From Hemiscyllium ocellatum (Eukaryota), in the NCBI RefSeq assembly GCF_020745735.1, contig NC_083416.1:28610543-28674542 (forward strand): a stretch of DNA of 64,000 bases, written 5' to 3'. The translations under genes and the position numbers were made by a program. Shown piece after piece: positions 58,880 through 64,000 of the stretch. The notes under the pieces were generated by a model. It saw only the letters and a list, made by a program, of their open reading frames with translations, was not told the origin of the DNA and did not search any database. Every line of letters starts with the position of its first letter. The first letter of the stretch is position 1.

Positions 58880-61400
58880 TGTCATCCATGGATTTTGATT
58901 AAATGTCAATGAAGAAACAGTTAGCATGTGATTAGAAGGGGCAATTGTGGACGGTGGTGATCCCATGCATTGAATGCCCTTGACCTTCTTTGTGTTTGAA
59001 CTCACTGGTTTGGAAGATGCTGTTGAAGGAGTTTTGGTAAGATGTTGCAGTGCAACCTAAAAATGGTACACGTTGCTGCATTGGTGGTGGAAATAATGTT
59101 ATTGGAATTGATGAATAATGTGCCAAATAAGCAAGCTGCTTTGTCCTGAATGGTTTGGACATTCTTTGCAATCATCCAGGCAATTGGAGAATATTCCATC
59201 ATATTTCTGACTTAAGCTTTTAGATATTGAACAGATTTTGGGGAGTCAGGAGGTGAGTCACTCACAACAGAATTCCTAGCCTCTGACTGTTCTTGGAACT
59301 GTACTTCAATTGCTGGTCCAGTTCAGTTTCCGGTCAATATGGTAGGTTCCAGGATGTTTATAGTGTGGGATTCAGCTAGAGGAATGCCAATAAATGTCAA
59401 GGAGAGATGATATGATTCTCTGTTTTTAGAAATGGTGATCACCTGATATTTCGATAACACAAATACTACCTGCCAATAATCAGTCAAGAGAGGATGTTAT
59501 CCAGGTTTTGGGCGGCACGGTGGCACAGTGGTTAGCACTGCTGCCTCACAGCGCCTGTAGACACGGGTTCAATTCCCGACTCAGGCGACTGACTGTGTGG
59601 AGTTTGCACGTTCTCCCCGTGTCTGCGTGGGTTTCCTCCGGGTGCTCCGGTTTCCTCCCACAGTCCAAAGATGTGCGGGTCAGGTGAATTGGCCAAGCTA
59701 AATTGCCCGTAGTGTTAGGTAAGGGGTAAATGTAGGGGTATGGGTGGGTTGCGCTTCGGCGGGTCGGTGTGGACTTGTTGGGCCGAAGGGCCTGTTTCCA
59801 CACTGTAAGTCTAATCTAATCTAATCTAGGTCTTGCTGAATTTGGGCATAGATTGTTTCAGTGTCTGAGGAGCTACAAATACTGTTGATCATTATGCAAT
59901 CATTCTCACTTCTCAGTTTATGATGGAAGAAAGATCATTGAGTAGCTGAAGATGGTATTGCCGAAAACACCACCCTGAAAAACTCCTGTAAAGATGTCTT
60001 AGAGTTGAGATGGTATACCTCCAACAATTGTTGCCAGCTTATTTTGTGCTTGGTGTGACTCTAATCAATGGAAAGTTTTCTCCCTGATTCCCATTGGTTC
60101 AAGTTTTTTGAGGCTTCTTTTTTGCCATTTTTGGTCAAATATTGCCATGATAGCAAAGGCAGTCTTTCTTTGGAGTTTGGTTATTTTATCCATGGTTGGG
60201 ACAAGGTCAGGAGCTGATGGAGCCTGATAGTTGTTAATCTGCCCACCACCATTAAGAGCTTTGATCTGATCCATTAACACTAAGGCCCATCCTTTATATG
60301 CTATAGTTTGACAGGGAAGTACCCCTATGCTGTAGCTTTACTCGGTTGGCGTCTCATTTTTTAGGTATGCATCACCGGCTCTTGGTATGCACTCCTACAC
60401 TCTTCATGGGTTCAGTGTTGATCCCGCAGTTTGATAGCAATGAGGATATGCCAGGTCATGAACTTATAAATAGTAATAAATATAATCCTATAGTGTCTAA
60501 GTTGTTAGATCTGTTAAATATACATCTTAATTATCACACTGCATCATTACAATGACTAAGTGGTGGTCACTTTGACCAATACTGTCATAGACAGATGCAT
60601 CTGCTACAGGGAAGTTGAGGATATGTACAGCAAGTTTTTCCCTCACTCACCACAACAGAGATAGCTATATCCTTCAGGTCTCAGTCAGTTTGTTCAGTAG
60701 TGCTAGTGAAATATTTTCGGTGATGGATATCAATATCTATCAGCCCAAGTACATTCTGTGCCCTTGGCACCCTTCCTCTAATGATATTCAATATGGAAGA
60801 ACTTTGGTTCATCAATGATGTGGAGGTGGGAGTGGACAGGAGGGAGTAAGATAATAATCAGCAGGAGGCTTGATTGACCAGATGCAAAGAAACTACATGG
60901 AGTCCAGAGGAAATGTTGATGACTTTAAGAGCAACTCCCTCATGACTGAACACTCAGTTGAACCAACTCTAATGGGCCTACCCTGCTAGTAGGACAGGAC
61001 ATACCCAGGGAACATGATGGTGGCATCTAGGCTATAAGGTATGATTCTGCAAGTATGATTATGTTAGGCAGTCACTTCACTAATCTGTATGACAGCTCTT
61101 CCAATTTTAGTACATGCTCCAAGATGTCAGTAAGGAGGATGTTTGAAAGTATTGAGTTTGACATTGTCATTTGCAGTGCCTAGTTCAGTAGCAGATGGTC
61201 TGTCAAATTTCTTTCTTTAGATTTTGTAGTTGCTTGATATACTGAATAGCTTGCTAGGATGTTTCAGAGAGCATTTTAGAATCAAATATGTTGCTAGTGG
61301 TCAGAAGTCATATGTACGCCAGATCAGGTTAGGGTGGCTGATTGTGTTCTGTAGAGAACATTCATGAAGGTGATGAGTTTTATGTTGGTTATTAGTTGAA
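58880..61400 (-). mobile_element. Old single-ORF CR1/L2-group LINE (EN + RT, internally deleted) with a SINE-like 5' segment
   Basis: MEYSPIAWM..IQDKAACL in the RT C-terminus. The endonuclease start ILLTDI..KLEELSYRLVK*LPNIIILAESYL lies at ~61030-61140. 61240-61390 is homologous to the SINE body at 39305-39400. Confidence 0.75.
59510..59828 (+). mobile_element. Young HE1-type V-SINE inserted in the LINE
   Basis: CpG-rich and near consensus (gggcggcacggtggcacagtgg...ggttcaattccc), with V-domain and (ctaat)n tail. Likely TSD aggttttg / aggtcttg. Confidence 0.97.
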
Positions 61401-61739
61401 TGAAAATGGATACTTCATAGAATTATAGAAACTCTACATGTAACATATTCCCATGAAGTGAACTTTCATATGATCTAAAAGGAAAAGACGAATGTCATGT
61501 TCAGGATTTTAGTGGAAAAGATGCTCCCAAAAGGAATATTAACGCAAGAATGCTTTCTAGTCTGTCCATTGCAGTAAAAGTAGCAAAATACATGAAATCT
61601 TATCATGCCATCCTTTATGATACCAACTGGAAGTTTAATTTAAAAAAACATTCTTGGTATCGATGCATATCATGACAGTTGCCATTCACCTTTTCCTTCC
61701 CAGCCTTATGCCTCTGCTTCAACTCTTGTTTCTTAAGGG

Positions 61740-62010
61740 AGAGTAGACAAAGTAGTGAAATGGGAGCACACATAGTAGGTAAAGTGGAATGCAGAGGAGT
61801 ATGAAATGATTTAATTTGTCAGTAAGAAGACAAAGAGATTACATAAAGAGTACAACTCTAATAGAGTTTGCAGGAGCTGAAGTGTCAGATGTGCATAAGT
61901 TATTGAAGGTGGCAGAATAGATTGAGAGAGCAGTTAATAACATAAATAATATCCTAGGCTTTATTGACATGGGCATACAACATAGAGCAAGGAAGTTGTT
62001 TCAAACTTGA
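61740..62010 (+). mobile_element. Old CR1 RT C-terminal remnant
   Basis: Decayed VHKLLKVAE..ILGFI motif. Confidence 0.5.
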
Positions 62011-62069
62011 AACAGACAATATTTCATCCTCAGCAGTATTCCCTCCAAATCTGAGCCCTTTTGGAAAGG

Positions 62070-62283
62070 TCATAGAATCCCTACAGTATGAAAGCAGATC
62101 ATTCAATCCATTGAGTCCACACTGAACATCCAAAGAGTATCCCACCTAGGCCCACACCCCTGCCCAGTTCTTGAAACCTGACATTTCCAATGGCAAATCC
62201 ACCTAATCTTCATGTGTTTGGACAGTGGGAAGAAACCAGAGCACCTGAAAGAAACCCTCACAGGCACAAGGAGAATGTGCCAA
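62070..62283 (-). mobile_element. 5'-truncated HE1-type SINE
   Basis: V-domain part and tail on the minus strand. Confidence 0.8.
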
Positions 62284-63130
62284 GATTTATTCGTTATCTT
62301 TAAACAATGATCCTGGTTCTGCACTCCCCCCATCATCAGGACTATCCATTCTACACCTAACCTCTGTAGTGCTTTTAAAACTTTTATAGACTTATATAAG
62401 AACCCCTCTTATTCTTCTAAACTCCAGTGAATCTTATCCTAATCATTTTGATCTCTCCACATAAACCAGTCCTGTCATCACAGGAATCAATTTGGTAAAC
62501 TTTCACTATATTCTCTTGATAGCAAGAATATCCCTCCTCAGATAAGGAGACCAAAATTGCACACAATATTTCAGATGTGGCCTCACCAGTGCCCTGTATA
62601 ATTCGGTAAGACATTCTAAATACTATATTCAAATCCTCTCGTTAAGAAGGCCAACATACAGTTCCCCTTCTTTATTTCTAACTGCATCTGCATAATTACT
62701 TTCAGCGACTGATGCACAAAGACCACCCAGTTTTCGTTGAACACATTCATCTCTCAACATACAGCCATTCAAATATTATTCTGCCTTCTTGTTCTTGTTA
62801 CTAAAGTAGATCACCTCACATTAATCCACATTATACCACATCCACCATGCAATTTCCCACTTACACAGCCTGTCCAAATCACATTGCAACATTGTTGCAT
62901 CCTCTCCAGTTTGCCTTTCCACCTAGATTCATGTCATCTGCAGATTTTGAAATATAACTTTTAGTTCCCTCATCTAAATTATTAACATATATTGTGATCA
63001 GCCAGGATCCTAATACCAGTCCCTATTGTACCCCACCAGTCACTGTCTGTCATTCAGAAAAATACCCATTAATTCCCACTATTTATTTCCTGTTTGCTAA
63101 TGAATTATTTATGCATCTCAGTACTCTACA
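62284..63130 (-). mobile_element. CR1 RT fragment
   Basis: Minus-strand LVRPHLKYCVQFWSPYLRRDI and ADD motifs. Confidence 0.8.
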
Positions 63131-63447
63131 CACAAGTCCACATTCTGCAATTTTATGCTTTACACATATAAAGTGAGTTGTTCATTTGGACAACCGTGAC
63201 AGACTCCAAATGGCCTCTTCTGTGCTTTGTCGATTCTGTGATTTGTTACTTTCCCTGTTTTAAAGAAAGATAAATTAAATTAATTTATGCTGCCAAGGAA
63301 TACATGCATAATTGAAGCGTGCATTCACAGTTTGTTAGATGCAAAGATTAGATACATAAATATTTTAAAGTCATGGAAAAAGTTGCAAAAAAAAATTCAT
63401 TTGAATGTTCTGAAAATATCTGAGTCTTAAGTAGCCTTAGAGTAGGA

Positions 63448-64000
63448 TAGAATAGAACAGTGATTTATTGTCACTTGTATTTATGAAAAGTGTATAAGTG
63501 AAAGAGTGTATAAATCACCATAATCTGGTGATGTTTAATTACATAAATTGTAAAACTAAACAAGTGGGACAAGTTAGGACAAAGTTTATTTTTTGTTCCC
63601 TCCACAACAGTTTGGGTTTCTGGAGTATCTGCAGGATGCTGTTGTTGAAGCTATCCCTGAGGCCACCAAAGCAAGGATTTCCAGGTTGGACCCACCATGC
63701 TGCCACTTCAGAAGCTAACACCGAACCGCCGCATTGCCGCCACAGTCTAGAGGAACAGACAACACCCACCAAGTCACCAACGCAAACACAGCTGCACTGC
63801 TGTCAGGAGGAATGGACCAGACCCACCAAGTCACCAACAATTAAACCTTCGCACAAGCCATGATCACCATAGCCATGATGAACAGACCCCCAGATCCACC
63901 ACGCTGCTGCCACCTCAGCAGGCCCTGACAAATACCTTCCTCCACTTATCGTTGTTCTGAAGGTTTTCCTTGATCACCTTACAATCTGTGTTACAGAGGG
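63448..64000 (-). mobile_element. Non-LTR element 3' end running off the window, with internal direct repeats
   Basis: (ataga)n plus tttattgtcac tail. acccaccaagtcaccaac is repeated at ~63764 and ~63821. Confidence 0.5.

Noticed and set aside
59510-59585. tRNA-like sequences with A and B boxes (also at 51682, 10655, 39480-39572)
   Set aside because: These are SINE heads followed by SINE bodies, not tRNA genes.

Overview
This is an AT-rich, repeat-dense vertebrate window, almost certainly from a shark: it carries HE1-type V-SINEs, many CR1 LINEs and Penelope-like elements (PLEs). I recognise no host protein-coding gene, only one small candidate exon (10092-10153). Nearly all long ORFs are retrotransposon remnants. 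They include one open, young CR1 RT domain (47368-48768), a PLE with RT C-terminus plus GIY-YIG endonuclease (43127-44350, minus strand), an RTE-clade LINE, and an older single-ORF CR1/L2-group LINE. There are also tRNA-derived SINEs and two solo LTRs with 5-bp TSDs. The most striking hidden structure is a set of about 16 short PLE terminal-repeat (pLTR) insertions from at least four sequence families. Their consensus carries a minimal hammerhead-ribozyme-like core: stem I - CUGANGA - one extra nt - stem II hairpin - GAAA - palindromic ACGU/AGCU - H - stem I'. Eight of them are head-to-head foldback mini-elements. Most of these are bounded by 13-18-bp target-site duplications, and in each the two arms end about 30-40 nt apart. 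Hammerheads in PLEs are known in general. The non-coding, TSD-bounded foldback form, repeated across several families, is the best candidate here for an under-described system. Coordinates of old degenerate repeats are approximate. All alignments were made by eye and no database search was run.
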